From: a virus
Taxonomy: Duplodnaviria; Heunggongvirae; Uroviricota; Caudoviricetes
Virus record (IMG/VR): IMGVR_UViG_3300031417_000415
Direction: 5' to 3' (one strand)
DNA: 64,000 bases
Numbering within the stretch: the first letter of the stretch is position 1; each line of letters begins with the position of its first letter. This document shows positions 27,474-36,651 of this stretch, one piece after another. Both the position numbers and the translations under genes were made by a program. The notes below the pieces were generated by a model. The model was not told the origin of the DNA. It ran no database searches and saw only the letters and a list, made by a program, of their open reading frames with translations.

Positions 27474-27929
27474 ATGGAGCATCGCATGACACGCAAGCTG
27501 TCGCAGGATCAGGGCGAACTGCGCCTGGTGCCGGTGGAGCCGTCGGATGACCTGGTCGCCGAGATCCTGTACAACATCAACCGCAAGCGGGCGAACGGGG
27601 ATGACCTGACGGCCTTCGACGTTCGCGAGGTAGTCCGCAACCTGCACTGGAACGGACGCTACGTCCCGAAGTCGGGCGCAGCCCAGCCGCGAGGCATGGA
27701 CTTCCTGCAGGACCTCGTGAGGGAGCTCTCGGCAGAGGCGCCGGCCGACCTGAAGGCGCAGGCCGTCGAGATCCTGCGGAAGCATCTCTGGTACGACCTG
27801 AGCGACGCCGAGATCGAGAATGGCAGCTCTGTCTTCGCGCACGAGGCGGTCGCGGCGCTCGTCGCGGCGCTGCGGATCGTGCGGTTCGCGGACTTCGACG
27901 CGCCGACGCCAGAAGCAGGCGCGGCATGA
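27474..27929 (+). CDS. hypothetical protein
   Basis: ORF. Confidence 0.4.
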   Translation: MEHRMTRKLSQDQGELRLVPVEPSDDLVAEILYNINRKRANGDDLTAFDVREVVRNLHWNGRYVPKSGAAQPRGMDFLQDLVRELSAEAPADLKAQAVEILRKHLWYDLSDAEIENGSSVFAHEAVAALVAALRIVRFADFDAPTPEAGAA

Positions 27930-28375
27930 CCCGCGTATCCTCGCCGGCCGAGATCGAGGAGTTCCTCGACGGTCGACGCGACGTCGTCGTGCTCAGCGAA
28001 GGCCAGGCTGCCGGCCGAAGCATCCGGAACTACGATCCGGAGTTTCTCCTGCGCCCCTTCGCCGTGAGCGTCGAGGGGTTCGGCACCTTCACCTTCCATG
28101 CGCCGACGCGGGCCCGTGCCATGGCGGACGCGTGGAACGCCTACGTGGGCGCCGGGTACGACATGCCCTACGGCGGCTTCATGAAGATCGCCCAGGTACG
28201 CTCGACCGTGCCAGGGGAGCGGTTCGGCGAGCCGATCCTGGTGGGCGGCCGCAGGGCGTTCTACGTGTCATGGGACAGCCACTACGTGCAGTTCGCATCG
28301 CCGGGCGCGACCCGCTACGGCAACTCGCATCCGCTCGACGTCACCTCCGTTACCGGAGAGCCGTTCGCGCGTTGA
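27926..28375 (+). CDS. hypothetical protein
   Basis: ATGA overlap. Confidence 0.4.
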   Translation: MTRVSSPAEIEEFLDGRRDVVVLSEGQAAGRSIRNYDPEFLLRPFAVSVEGFGTFTFHAPTRARAMADAWNAYVGAGYDMPYGGFMKIAQVRSTVPGERFGEPILVGGRRAFYVSWDSHYVQFASPGATRYGNSHPLDVTSVTGEPFAR

Positions 28376-28416
28376 GCGTCGATATCCACCTGGACATCCA
28401 CAGAACGGGGTCAGAC

Positions 28417-29619
28417 ATGCAGGCCATATCCCTGTCCAAGACGAGCGCCAGCCTCGATCGCCTCGGCGCCGCCATCATGCCGCGCACTACAAGACATCAC
28501 GGGATCGTCGTGAACCCCAAGACCCGCCAGCCCGTCGATCGCGAGATCGGAGAGATCCGCCACGTGCGAATCGATCTGCGCGGCCACCGTCGCGCGGACG
28601 CCGACATGCAGGGAGCGGAGGTCATGCTGGCGCTCCGCATCCTCTACGACGACATCGCGCCCGCCGCCGAGCAGGTAATCGCCAGGCGGGTCGGCGCCAG
28701 GACTCTTCCTCCCAGGCTCGCCCCCACGGCGTCGGATCTGACCATCGAATCGTTCGTGCGTCCGGTCGCGGCACGGATCGAGGAGCGGGCCGTCTCCATA
28801 TGGGCCGAGGTCGACAAGGAGACGGCCTGGGCCTACGAGAAATCGGGACGCCAGTCGTTCGGACCTCCGCTCGCCTCGGAGCCGGAGATCCGCCGTGACG
28901 CGATCGTCGTCAAGGGTGCGGGACTGGAAGCCCTTAGTCGAGGAGCGATCGCCGAGATCGCGCGCCGGCTGGAGCGACAGCACGACGACCTGCTACAGCA
29001 GCGGAGGACCAGGCGTCGAAAGATGACGCTTGCCGGGGCGGTCATGGCACTGATCGCGATAATCTGCCTGGGCGGTACGCTGATGGGATCCCTCATGATC
29101 CCCGTCATGCTGGCGAGCCTTCTCGTCATGGAGCTCGCGCTCAGTCCCTCGGGAGAGCGTCTTGCCGCCGCATGGAGGGATTCGCTTCGCGACATCCGCT
29201 CGGGTCGACGCCGCATCGTGACGTCGGAACCGGTCCAGGAGGCCGGATCGCAGATCCTGGAGGCGATCGGGCGACACGCTCCCGTCAGTGCAGTCGCCGC
29301 CGAGGAGGCCGTCGCCCGCATCCGGCGACTGCGAATCCTCATCGACGGTTCGACGGATCCATCGGCCCACTCGGAGATCGCATCGGTCGAGGGCGACCTG
29401 CGTGCCACGATGCAGGCCTATGCGCGTCCCGCGCGCATCGCCGTGGGCGACGAGTGCCGTGCGCTCGCGACCGATCTCGCCGCGGCGACGATCCAGATCG
29501 GACAGCGGGCCGAATCCGTGCGTCGACGCCTTCTCGACGCGGCACGGGACGGCTTCGATACGCAGCGGCGCTATCTCGCGAGCAAGGACGACGAGGGGCT
29601 TCTGGCTCCCGTAGCCTGA
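28417..29619 (+). CDS. membrane protein (400 aa)
   Basis: internal ATG; central TM helices. Confidence 0.4.
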   Translation: MQAISLSKTSASLDRLGAAIMPRTTRHHGIVVNPKTRQPVDREIGEIRHVRIDLRGHRRADADMQGAEVMLALRILYDDIAPAAEQVIARRVGARTLPPRLAPTASDLTIESFVRPVAARIEERAVSIWAEVDKETAWAYEKSGRQSFGPPLASEPEIRRDAIVVKGAGLEALSRGAIAEIARRLERQHDDLLQQRRTRRRKMTLAGAVMALIAIICLGGTLMGSLMIPVMLASLLVMELALSPSGERLAAAWRDSLRDIRSGRRRIVTSEPVQEAGSQILEAIGRHAPVSAVAAEEAVARIRRLRILIDGSTDPSAHSEIASVEGDLRATMQAYARPARIAVGDECRALATDLAAATIQIGQRAESVRRRLLDAARDGFDTQRRYLASKDDEGLLAPVA

Positions 29620-29761
29620 CCCGGTATCCACGAGCAACGCAGCCGACGCCCATACCGGCCGGCGGGTGATGGCTCGCGTCCGCATCTCGCGGACCGGCGA
29701 CCAGGGTCCAGGGAAGAATGAGTGTTCCCAAGGTGGGAACGGAAAATGAAGGAATTCAGAA

Positions 29762-30109
29762 ATGAGCAAGCCGATCCCCGCGTCCGTCGAAGCCAACCGT
29801 GCGAAGTTCCGCGAGCAGGGCGTCGCCAGCAAGGCGGCACGCGCGCAGAAGCACGCAGAGCTGCTGGCCAGCCAGAAGGCGCTGGGCGCCGCGAACCGCG
29901 AGTCGCGCGCGACCGCGCACGCGCAGCTGATCGAATCGCAGAAGGCCGTCGGCGTCGCCAACGCGCCCGTCAAGGCGCAGGCCAAGGCCGACCGCATCGC
30001 CGGCGCGACCGCGCGCAACGAGCAGCTGTCGGCAGAGGCAGCCGAGCGCAAGTCGGCGCGCATGTCGGCACACGCCGAGCGCAACGAGTCGATGAAGAAG
30101 GTCGGCTGA
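29762..30109 (+). CDS. small Ala/Lys/Arg-rich helical protein, paralog B
   Basis: paralog of the 10453..10803 product; 3' 130 nt nearly identical. Confidence 0.5.
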   Translation: MSKPIPASVEANRAKFREQGVASKAARAQKHAELLASQKALGAANRESRATAHAQLIESQKAVGVANAPVKAQAKADRIAGATARNEQLSAEAAERKSARMSAHAERNESMKKVG

Positions 30110-30117
30110 CCTCTTCG

Positions 30118-30143
30118 GGCGCCGTCCTCACAGGACGGCGCCT
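30118..30143 (+). terminator. hairpin GGGCGCCGTCC-TCACA-GGACGGCGCC
   Basis: same stem sequence as the hairpins at 10846 and 30613. Confidence 0.4.
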
Positions 30144-30321
30144 GCGCATCCCGCCAGTCGGGATGAGAGATCCGCCCCGGCGACGGGGCGGCAGGAAGGA
30201 GAGAGACGGCACGACAGGCGGCAATTCGAGAAGACGGTGTTCCAGATCGCGGCAGGAGTTGCAGCGACACCCCGGCGTCCGGCCGGGACTGGGCTGCATC
30301 GTTCCCATCGAGGAACCTGCC

Positions 30322-30609
30322 ATGTCCGACGTCAAAGACCTTCTGCCCTTCCCGGTCCGCATCATCGAACGCGAGGCGACTTCGGTCGTCTGGTTCGACA
30401 GGGTCTCCGAGATCGAACGGCACTTCAAGCTCTCCGAGCCGCTGAATGCCGACGAGATCGAGCAGGTCGTCAAGATCGCCCGGGACGGGGTCGTCCACGC
30501 ATGCATCTGTCCGTTCTCGGAGGATGTTCACGGTATCCGCAGTCTGATGGCAGACGCTTCGGCAGAGCATCTCGACCGCGACTACTGCGAGCGCTGCGAC
30601 GACATCTGA
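30322..30609 (+). CDS. small Cys-containing hypothetical protein
   Basis: internal ATG; followed by a GGCGCCGTCC hairpin at 30613-30636. Confidence 0.35.
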   Translation: MSDVKDLLPFPVRIIEREATSVVWFDRVSEIERHFKLSEPLNADEIEQVVKIARDGVVHACICPFSEDVHGIRSLMADASAEHLDRDYCERCDDI

Positions 30610-30805
30610 GCCGGCGCCGTCCTTCGGGACGGCGTCGCTCTACACGCCCACGGACATCGCGTCCGGCGGACAGCCTTCCGGCTGGATCATGACAGGCCAG
30701 CAGGAAGCGAGATCCTCCGAGAGGAGGGGAAAACGAAGAAGGTCGCCCGGCCTACCGGGGGACATTGTGCAACGCCCCCATGGGCACTTACGAGGACATG
30801 ACAGC

Positions 30806-31327
30806 ATGACCGACACCAAGCAGAGCAACGGCCGCCCCTGGACCCTGATGGTCGGCGCCACCACCCCATTCAACGAGGGCATGGGCTCGAACGACCAGCC
30901 CTACCTCAACTTCCGCGCCGACATCGAGACATCGCGGGGCGTCAAGAACCGCTTCGTGTCGGTGTTCAACACGCTGCGCTTCCCTAGCCTGATCGACGAC
31001 GTCAAGCAGGCGCTCGTCTCGGGTGCTGCGAAGCTCACCGTGCGCTTCGACTACGACAAGGGCGAGACCGTGAAGGTGCTCGGCGTCGGGTACGTCGACT
31101 TCCGCAAGTCGGCGGACGGCACGCCGCCGATCGATAGCGCTCCGGCCGGGACGCAGGCCGTCGAGCTTCCCCTCGAGAGCACGGTCGAGGAACCGGTCAT
31201 CGACACGCCAGTCGCAGAGGAGCCCGTCATCGAGGCTCCTGTCCAGGAGCCGATCGCGCAGGCCGATCCGATGGAAGGCGTCGTCGTCGAGATGAAGAAG
31301 CCACGTCGCCGCCGCAAGGCCGCATAG
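30806..31327 (+). CDS. hypothetical protein with acidic PV-rich linker and basic KKPRRRRKAA tail
   Basis: ORF followed by a strong terminator. Confidence 0.4.
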   Translation: MTDTKQSNGRPWTLMVGATTPFNEGMGSNDQPYLNFRADIETSRGVKNRFVSVFNTLRFPSLIDDVKQALVSGAAKLTVRFDYDKGETVKVLGVGYVDFRKSADGTPPIDSAPAGTQAVELPLESTVEEPVIDTPVAEEPVIEAPVQEPIAQADPMEGVVVEMKKPRRRRKAA

Positions 31328-31335
31328 GACACGAA

Positions 31336-31370
31336 GGGCGCTCTCCATACGGAGAGCGCCCCTTTTTTAT
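31336..31370. terminator. strong bidirectional rho-independent terminator GGGCGCTCTCC..GGAGAGCGCCC + T7
   Basis: 11 bp stem plus T-run between convergent genes. Confidence 0.6.
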
Positions 31371-31407
31371 ATGCAGCATGTCAAAGCGACGGAAGGCCCG
31401 GCACGGG

Positions 31408-32019
31408 TCACATGCCGTTCGCGTCCTTGTAGGCCTGCCACGCCTTCGCACGTTCGGCTGCGCTAGGAGGAACCGGCATCGGACGCATCTTCTCCTGCGG
31501 CAGCGGCCCCGACGAGCGAAGGGTCGCGACGGCCTGGTATACCGGCGCCTTCAGACCAGCTGTGCTGGCCTGCGAGCAGACGCGGCGGATCTCCGACGGC
31601 GCGACGCGCGACCTGATGGCCGGAACCTTCCCCGTAGGCGGACGGTCGTCGCGATCGGACCGACGTACCTCGATCACGGCGTAGTTCGCCCGGCCGCAGT
31701 GGAGATCGATCCTGTACACGTCGTATCCCGCCCCGCCGTTGAGCACCACGATGCGGCCGCCGGTAGCGTCGACGTCGATGAGCGCCGGTACTGATCTCCC
31801 CCCGACGACGTCCATCCGGACCGGCTTCCAGACGCCGATGCGGATCCAGGGAAGACCTACGGCCTGCTCCGCGGTCCCGCGCGCGAACGCGATGCCGCCA
31901 GCCGACACATGGCGAGGCGCCGACACCGGTGGCGTCACGGTGGAGCGGTCCCCGCCCGGACCGCAGGCGCAGGCAGACAGCGCAAGCCCCAGACCCGCTA
32001 CGATGCCGATCCTGTTCAT
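31408..32019 (-). CDS. lipoprotein (lipobox LSAC)
   Basis: minus-strand ORF; MNRIGIVAGLGLALSACACGP signal. Confidence 0.45.
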   Translation of the reverse strand: MNRIGIVAGLGLALSACACGPGGDRSTVTPPVSAPRHVSAGGIAFARGTAEQAVGLPWIRIGVWKPVRMDVVGGRSVPALIDVDATGGRIVVLNGGAGYDVYRIDLHCGRANYAVIEVRRSDRDDRPPTGKVPAIRSRVAPSEIRRVCSQASTAGLKAPVYQAVATLRSSGPLPQEKMRPMPVPPSAAERAKAWQAYKDANGM

Positions 32020-32093
32020 CCTCAAACTCCCTTGCAATCGGACTGTTTTAGGATAAGCGTCAGGATTCCACAAACGGGTTTCGGGGCGGAAAG

Positions 32094-33638
32094 ATGCGGT
32101 CGGTTTTCATTGCGAGGATGGTCCTCGCCGGTGCTTCCATACAGATGGCTGCGTCAAGCCCGGCGTGGGCAGCCATGCAGACGTCGCCCGATCAGGAATC
32201 GGTGCTCATGAGGCGCCCCATCGACGACCGCATCGGCCGCGCGGACATCCCGAGCAACAATCCCAACCCGAACCCCAATCCCGGCGGCGGCACAAACCCG
32301 ACCGACCCGACCGACCCGACCGACCCGACGGATCCGACGGATCCCAGCATTCCCACAGAGCAGCCGATCGAGGGCGGCAGCCACGATCCCGACCTAGTCA
32401 ACGACCCCGGCGATCCGGGCTGGGCTCCAGGCACCTACCAGTGGACCACAGGTCCATGGCAGGGTGCAGCGGTATGCGGCCAGAAGTCGCAGCTGACCCG
32501 CGACGTCGGCTGCCAGCGCATCATGCCCTTCTTCGGCGGCGGCGGCCCGATCGGCCGTATCGATCCCACGCTGACGGGCAAGCCCGCGGTGATGAACGCC
32601 TCGTGGGGGATGAGCACGGCGGACGGGCCACGGCTGTCGAACGGAGTATACGACCCCGCATCTTCGGGCGTGAAGCGGAAGCTGGCGCAGTTCGGAGGCC
32701 CGGACAGCGGAGGCGACTTCGTGGTGGAGGACGTGCCGGTCTCCTACTGCAGGGAGGTCGAGAACGAGATCGGACCGGCTCCCATCAACTCCTACAGCGG
32801 CACGAAGGGCGGCTGCCAGTACGATCCGGTGAAGACCGGATCGTCGGACTGGGCGCTGCCGCCCTACGCACCGGGAACGGCGAGCTGCTCGGCAAGTGCG
32901 TTCCGGATCAACCAGTACCGCTGCCAGGCATCGGACGGAAGTTCGGCTCCGCTGGCCTACTGCCTCGAGAACCTCTCCGAGGGCGGCGTCCGCAACGGTC
33001 AGCTGGTCACGCCCGAATACGGCAACTTCTCGGGCTGCACCGCACGCTGGCTCACGTACGTCGAGGACAACTACTGCCACAAGTCGGGAGACCTCTCCAA
33101 CGGATACGGCGACGACGGCCCCGTGCATACGGCCAACTACCAGTCGCGCTGCACACGGTCCGACGGCAAGGAGCTGACGGGCATCGACGAGGCCGCCTGT
33201 GCCGCCAGCGACCGTCCCTTCGACGGAGTGCAGGTCGTCGGAGCGTGCCACAAGCAGTACGCGGTCGACTACGAATATGCCTGCTTCGTGGACAATAACG
33301 ATGTCGTCGTCCACCAGGAGATCGGGTTCTACGACTACTACACGAAGGGCACCAAGATGTGCAACGACGCGGGCGCCACGTGCTGCTCGCTGCGTCAGGT
33401 CTCCAACAACAACTACAGCGGTGCTCCCTACCGTGCGTACGAGGTGATCGGCACGAAGGGCAAGGCGGTGTCGAATCCCGGATGGTACTTCGACGATCGC
33501 GCCAAGCGCATCAGCAGCGAGGGCGAGGGACCGTACTTCTACAACTACGGCGGCGGTCGTGGACGGTTCGAGCCCGACCAGTATGTCGGGGGCGTGATCG
33601 ATCCCGGTCCGGGCAACGGCGGCGGTCCCGACAACTGA
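32094..33638 (+). CDS. secreted Cys-rich protein with (PTD)5 repeat
   Basis: signal peptide; PTDPTDPTDPTDPTDPS; many Cys and Trp. Confidence 0.5.
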   Translation: MRSVFIARMVLAGASIQMAASSPAWAAMQTSPDQESVLMRRPIDDRIGRADIPSNNPNPNPNPGGGTNPTDPTDPTDPTDPTDPSIPTEQPIEGGSHDPDLVNDPGDPGWAPGTYQWTTGPWQGAAVCGQKSQLTRDVGCQRIMPFFGGGGPIGRIDPTLTGKPAVMNASWGMSTADGPRLSNGVYDPASSGVKRKLAQFGGPDSGGDFVVEDVPVSYCREVENEIGPAPINSYSGTKGGCQYDPVKTGSSDWALPPYAPGTASCSASAFRINQYRCQASDGSSAPLAYCLENLSEGGVRNGQLVTPEYGNFSGCTARWLTYVEDNYCHKSGDLSNGYGDDGPVHTANYQSRCTRSDGKELTGIDEAACAASDRPFDGVQVVGACHKQYAVDYEYACFVDNNDVVVHQEIGFYDYYTKGTKMCNDAGATCCSLRQVSNNNYSGAPYRAYEVIGTKGKAVSNPGWYFDDRAKRISSEGEGPYFYNYGGGRGRFEPDQYVGGVIDPGPGNGGGPDN

Positions 33639-33744
33639 TCATAGTCGCCCGAGCACGGACGGACGGGCCGGCATCCATCGGATGCCGGCCTTTTCCATGC
33701 CCGATACGCGGAACGGACCAGAACAGGCATCAAGGAGGAAAAAG

Positions 33745-34503
33745 ATGACGGACGTGCATTCCGACCCATGGCACCAGCTGGCCGAAGACATCGAGAACGG
33801 CTGCGCGGAGTTCAACCGCGACCGCATCGACGCGCGGCAGAGGCCGTTCCCCTTCCCCGTAGACGTGGTGCGTCGGCTGCTGCTCGTCCTGAAGGACGCG
33901 AGGCGCCCGCTTCCGGCATTCGACATCGTGACCGACGGTCCGGAATGGCGCCTCATGCTGCGCTGGACGCGGATCGGCGGCGAGGCGTACGTCACGGCTT
34001 CCAGGGACGACGTGATCGACGTTCGCGTCGCGCTGGACGGGCGCGTACTCGTGGACACGCAGGAGGCGCGCTATGCTTCGTTCGATCCGCAGCCGCTGCT
34101 GGACGCGCTGGACCACTTCACCGCGCTCAAGCAGGTCCTCGTGGTACGCCGTGACCTGAAGATGCGCCAGGGCAAGGCCTGCTCGCAGGCATCGCATGCT
34201 TCCGGCGAATTCATGCGCGAGCAGATCGTCGCGGCCATCCACCGCCACGACGATCTCAACTTCAGCGACGACGAGATCGAGTGGATGACGCTGGGCATGG
34301 CCAAGATCACCGTCCGGGCCGACACCGTAGAGCAGTTCGAGCAGGTGCAGGCCGACGCGCTGGCCCGGGGACTGAAGGTCCGTACCATCACGGACAGCGG
34401 GCGCACGGAGTTCGCCGGGGTGCCGACCATCACCGCGCTGGCGATCGGACCGACGCGCTCAGCCTATGTCGATCCTATCACTGGTGCAATGACCCTGCTG
34501 TAG
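33745..34503 (+). CDS. two-domain protein with C-terminal peptidyl-tRNA hydrolase PTH2 domain
   Basis: conserved AAGGAGGAAAAAG-ATG motif; LVVRRDLKMRQGKACSQASHAS and RTITDSGRTEFAGVPTITALAIGP match PTH2. Confidence 0.5.
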   Translation: MTDVHSDPWHQLAEDIENGCAEFNRDRIDARQRPFPFPVDVVRRLLLVLKDARRPLPAFDIVTDGPEWRLMLRWTRIGGEAYVTASRDDVIDVRVALDGRVLVDTQEARYASFDPQPLLDALDHFTALKQVLVVRRDLKMRQGKACSQASHASGEFMREQIVAAIHRHDDLNFSDDEIEWMTLGMAKITVRADTVEQFEQVQADALARGLKVRTITDSGRTEFAGVPTITALAIGPTRSAYVDPITGAMTLL

Positions 34504-34517
34504 GACCTTACGGACAG

Positions 34518-34528
34518 TTTCAGGATGA
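34518..34528 (+). promoter_or_regulatory. TTTCAGGATGA motif
   Basis: 62 nt upstream of the 34590 start. Confidence 0.3.
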
Positions 34529-34589
34529 GTCTTGACGAGGCAGTGGGCAAGGGGCATCGCGATGCGGACTCAGTTTCCGAAAGTCCACG

Positions 34590-35642
34590 ATGCGCCTTCT
34601 CGTCATGTCCATCCTGCTGTCCGCGACGGCGATCCCTGTATCAGCGCAGACGGCGGACACCATCGTCATGCGCAAGGTCATGGGGGCCATCGCCTACCCC
34701 AAAGACCTGAAGCCCAAGTACGGCTGGGCCTATGGGGAGTGGACATCACCGACGAACGCCTGCGGTACGACCGTGCAGACGCGCACGGTGACCTGCGTCA
34801 AGGGAGGCAGGCCCGAATCCCCCGATCTGTGCCGGCAGGCGCCACAGGCAGCCACGCGTACGGTCGAGGACCTGTCCAGCTGCGTGTACGACTGGAAGAC
34901 GACCTACAGCGGCTGGCAGGGAAGCTGCACTGCGGCGGCCACCCGGTCCGCAACCAGCGTCTGCCGTCGCTCCGACGGCACCGTCGTGGCCGACGCCTTA
35001 TGCGATTACACCAGCCGCCCCAAGACGGTGGAAACCGCCGCGAACTATGCTGGATGCGTCTACGACTGGAAGGTAGGGACATGGAGTCAGTGGAGCTCGA
35101 CGTGCTCCAACAGCAGCCTGCATACGCGGTCGGTGACCTGCGAGGCAATGACGGACGAAGGCACCGGCATCAGGGGGACGGTCGACAAGTGCAGGACGCC
35201 GCAGCCGGTCGACCGCGAGACGCAGAAGATCGTCACCGACTGCACAGGAATGCTGGTCAACGGCAACTTCGAGAGCGACATGACCGGCTGGACGCCCACA
35301 AGTCGTGCATCGATCAGTTCAACCGTCGCCCACGGCGGCAAGAAGTCGATGCAGATATACAACACGAGCTCGATCTCGCAGACCATCCAGACCGTCATAG
35401 GCGCAAGCTACAGCGTCACGTTCTACTCGTACCAGTACGGATCGAACGGAATACGTCTCATGATCGGCGGCAACCTGATCGCAGGAGGCCGGGGCTCCAA
35501 CGGCAACTACGAGTGGTTCCAGCGTTCCGGATCCTTCGTGGCGACCTCGGACACGACCAAGCTGACTTTCCTTGCAGAAGGCGGGTTCACCTTCACGTCC
35601 GAGTACGTAGACGACATCGTGGTTGCCCAGTCGCCCATGTAG
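34590..35642 (+). CDS. secreted protein with thrombospondin-type-1-like Cys/Trp repeats and C-terminal carbohydrate-binding-module-like beta domain
   Basis: signal peptide; repeats YGEWTSPTNACGTTVQTRTVTC / YDWKVGTWSQWSSTCSNSSLHTRSVTC; C-terminus NGNFES..GWT. Confidence 0.5.
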   Translation: MRLLVMSILLSATAIPVSAQTADTIVMRKVMGAIAYPKDLKPKYGWAYGEWTSPTNACGTTVQTRTVTCVKGGRPESPDLCRQAPQAATRTVEDLSSCVYDWKTTYSGWQGSCTAAATRSATSVCRRSDGTVVADALCDYTSRPKTVETAANYAGCVYDWKVGTWSQWSSTCSNSSLHTRSVTCEAMTDEGTGIRGTVDKCRTPQPVDRETQKIVTDCTGMLVNGNFESDMTGWTPTSRASISSTVAHGGKKSMQIYNTSSISQTIQTVIGASYSVTFYSYQYGSNGIRLMIGGNLIAGGRGSNGNYEWFQRSGSFVATSDTTKLTFLAEGGFTFTSEYVDDIVVAQSPM

Positions 35643-35682
35643 GCGGCCCCACCTGGCGGGGCCGCCCGTCGAGAGACGTCAG

Positions 35683-36639
35683 CTACCTAACGCCCATCCC
35701 TCCGGCCATCGCAGCCATGCGGACTGCGGGCGAAGGTGCGGTCCTCGTCGAATCGACATCCATCGAAGCCATCTGGACGGGAGCGCCGGAAGACGGCATC
35801 GCCCGGACCGCCTCCACGAGTTCCTTGCCGCCCGAGAACTTGATGCCCTTCGGCATGCCCGAGACCTCCCAGCCGGTCCTGTCGAACGTGGCCAGGATGT
35901 CCTTCTCGGAGATGCCCGGCTGCTTCCAGTCCATGTACGCCGCATAGGCCGCGGCCCGGGGCGTCGAGAACGAGGAGCCGACCACCTCGGCCGACCTGCC
36001 GACATAGGATCCCGGGAACACGAACTTCGTGAACTCCTGATAGCGCCTGTCCTTGGCTACGGAGCGACCGCCGCCGTCCTGTGCGATCGCGATCACCCCC
36101 TGGGAGGCCGCCGGATAGATGCCGGGGTCGTTCGTCTCGTTCGGCGTCGCGGCGAAGAGCTTCATGCCCCTAGCCTTGAACATGTCGGCGATCTTCTGGC
36201 CTTCGGTCTGGTCGGATACCGAGAAGGTGGTGACGGCGATGCTGATCCCCTTGCCTTCCAGATTCTCGAGCCCCTTGCGCAGCATGGCCTTGCTGAACAT
36301 CATCTCGCCGGTGCCCCCGTGCTTGATGAAGGGGTTCAGCGTATAGACCTCGATCGGAACGGTCCGGTCGATCTTGCGGATCTCCTCGACGAACGCCGTC
36401 GCCACGACGACGCCGTGGGAGGTCCGGCCGCTCTTGCCGACGGCCTCCCGCATCCCCGACGGCAGCTCGGGCGTCACGTCGATCAGCTTCGCGTTGTCGT
36501 CCCGGCAGTCCAGCCGGTCGGGCTGGATGTCGATGATCGCCACGCGGACGGGCCGTTCGCCGCCCTGCGTCTGCGCCATCGCCGGCGAGGCCACCGCGGC
36601 GAGCGCCATAGCGCCCGCCATCATTCCCGACTTCGACAT
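35683..36639 (-). CDS. subtilisin-like serine peptidase (S8) with signal peptide
   Basis: Asp (VAIIDIQ), His (HGVVVAT) and Ser (GSSFSTPRAAAYAA) motifs. Confidence 0.6.
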   Translation of the reverse strand: MSKSGMMAGAMALAAVASPAMAQTQGGERPVRVAIIDIQPDRLDCRDDNAKLIDVTPELPSGMREAVGKSGRTSHGVVVATAFVEEIRKIDRTVPIEVYTLNPFIKHGGTGEMMFSKAMLRKGLENLEGKGISIAVTTFSVSDQTEGQKIADMFKARGMKLFAATPNETNDPGIYPAASQGVIAIAQDGGGRSVAKDRRYQEFTKFVFPGSYVGRSAEVVGSSFSTPRAAAYAAYMDWKQPGISEKDILATFDRTGWEVSGMPKGIKFSGGKELVEAVRAMPSSGAPVQMASMDVDSTRTAPSPAVRMAAMAGGMGVR

Positions 36640-36651
36640 GCCGTTCCTCCC

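Noticed and set aside
30806-31327. single-strand DNA-binding protein
   Set aside because: Only vague resemblance. The basic C-terminal tail and acidic linker could equally fit a virion or nucleoid-associated protein.
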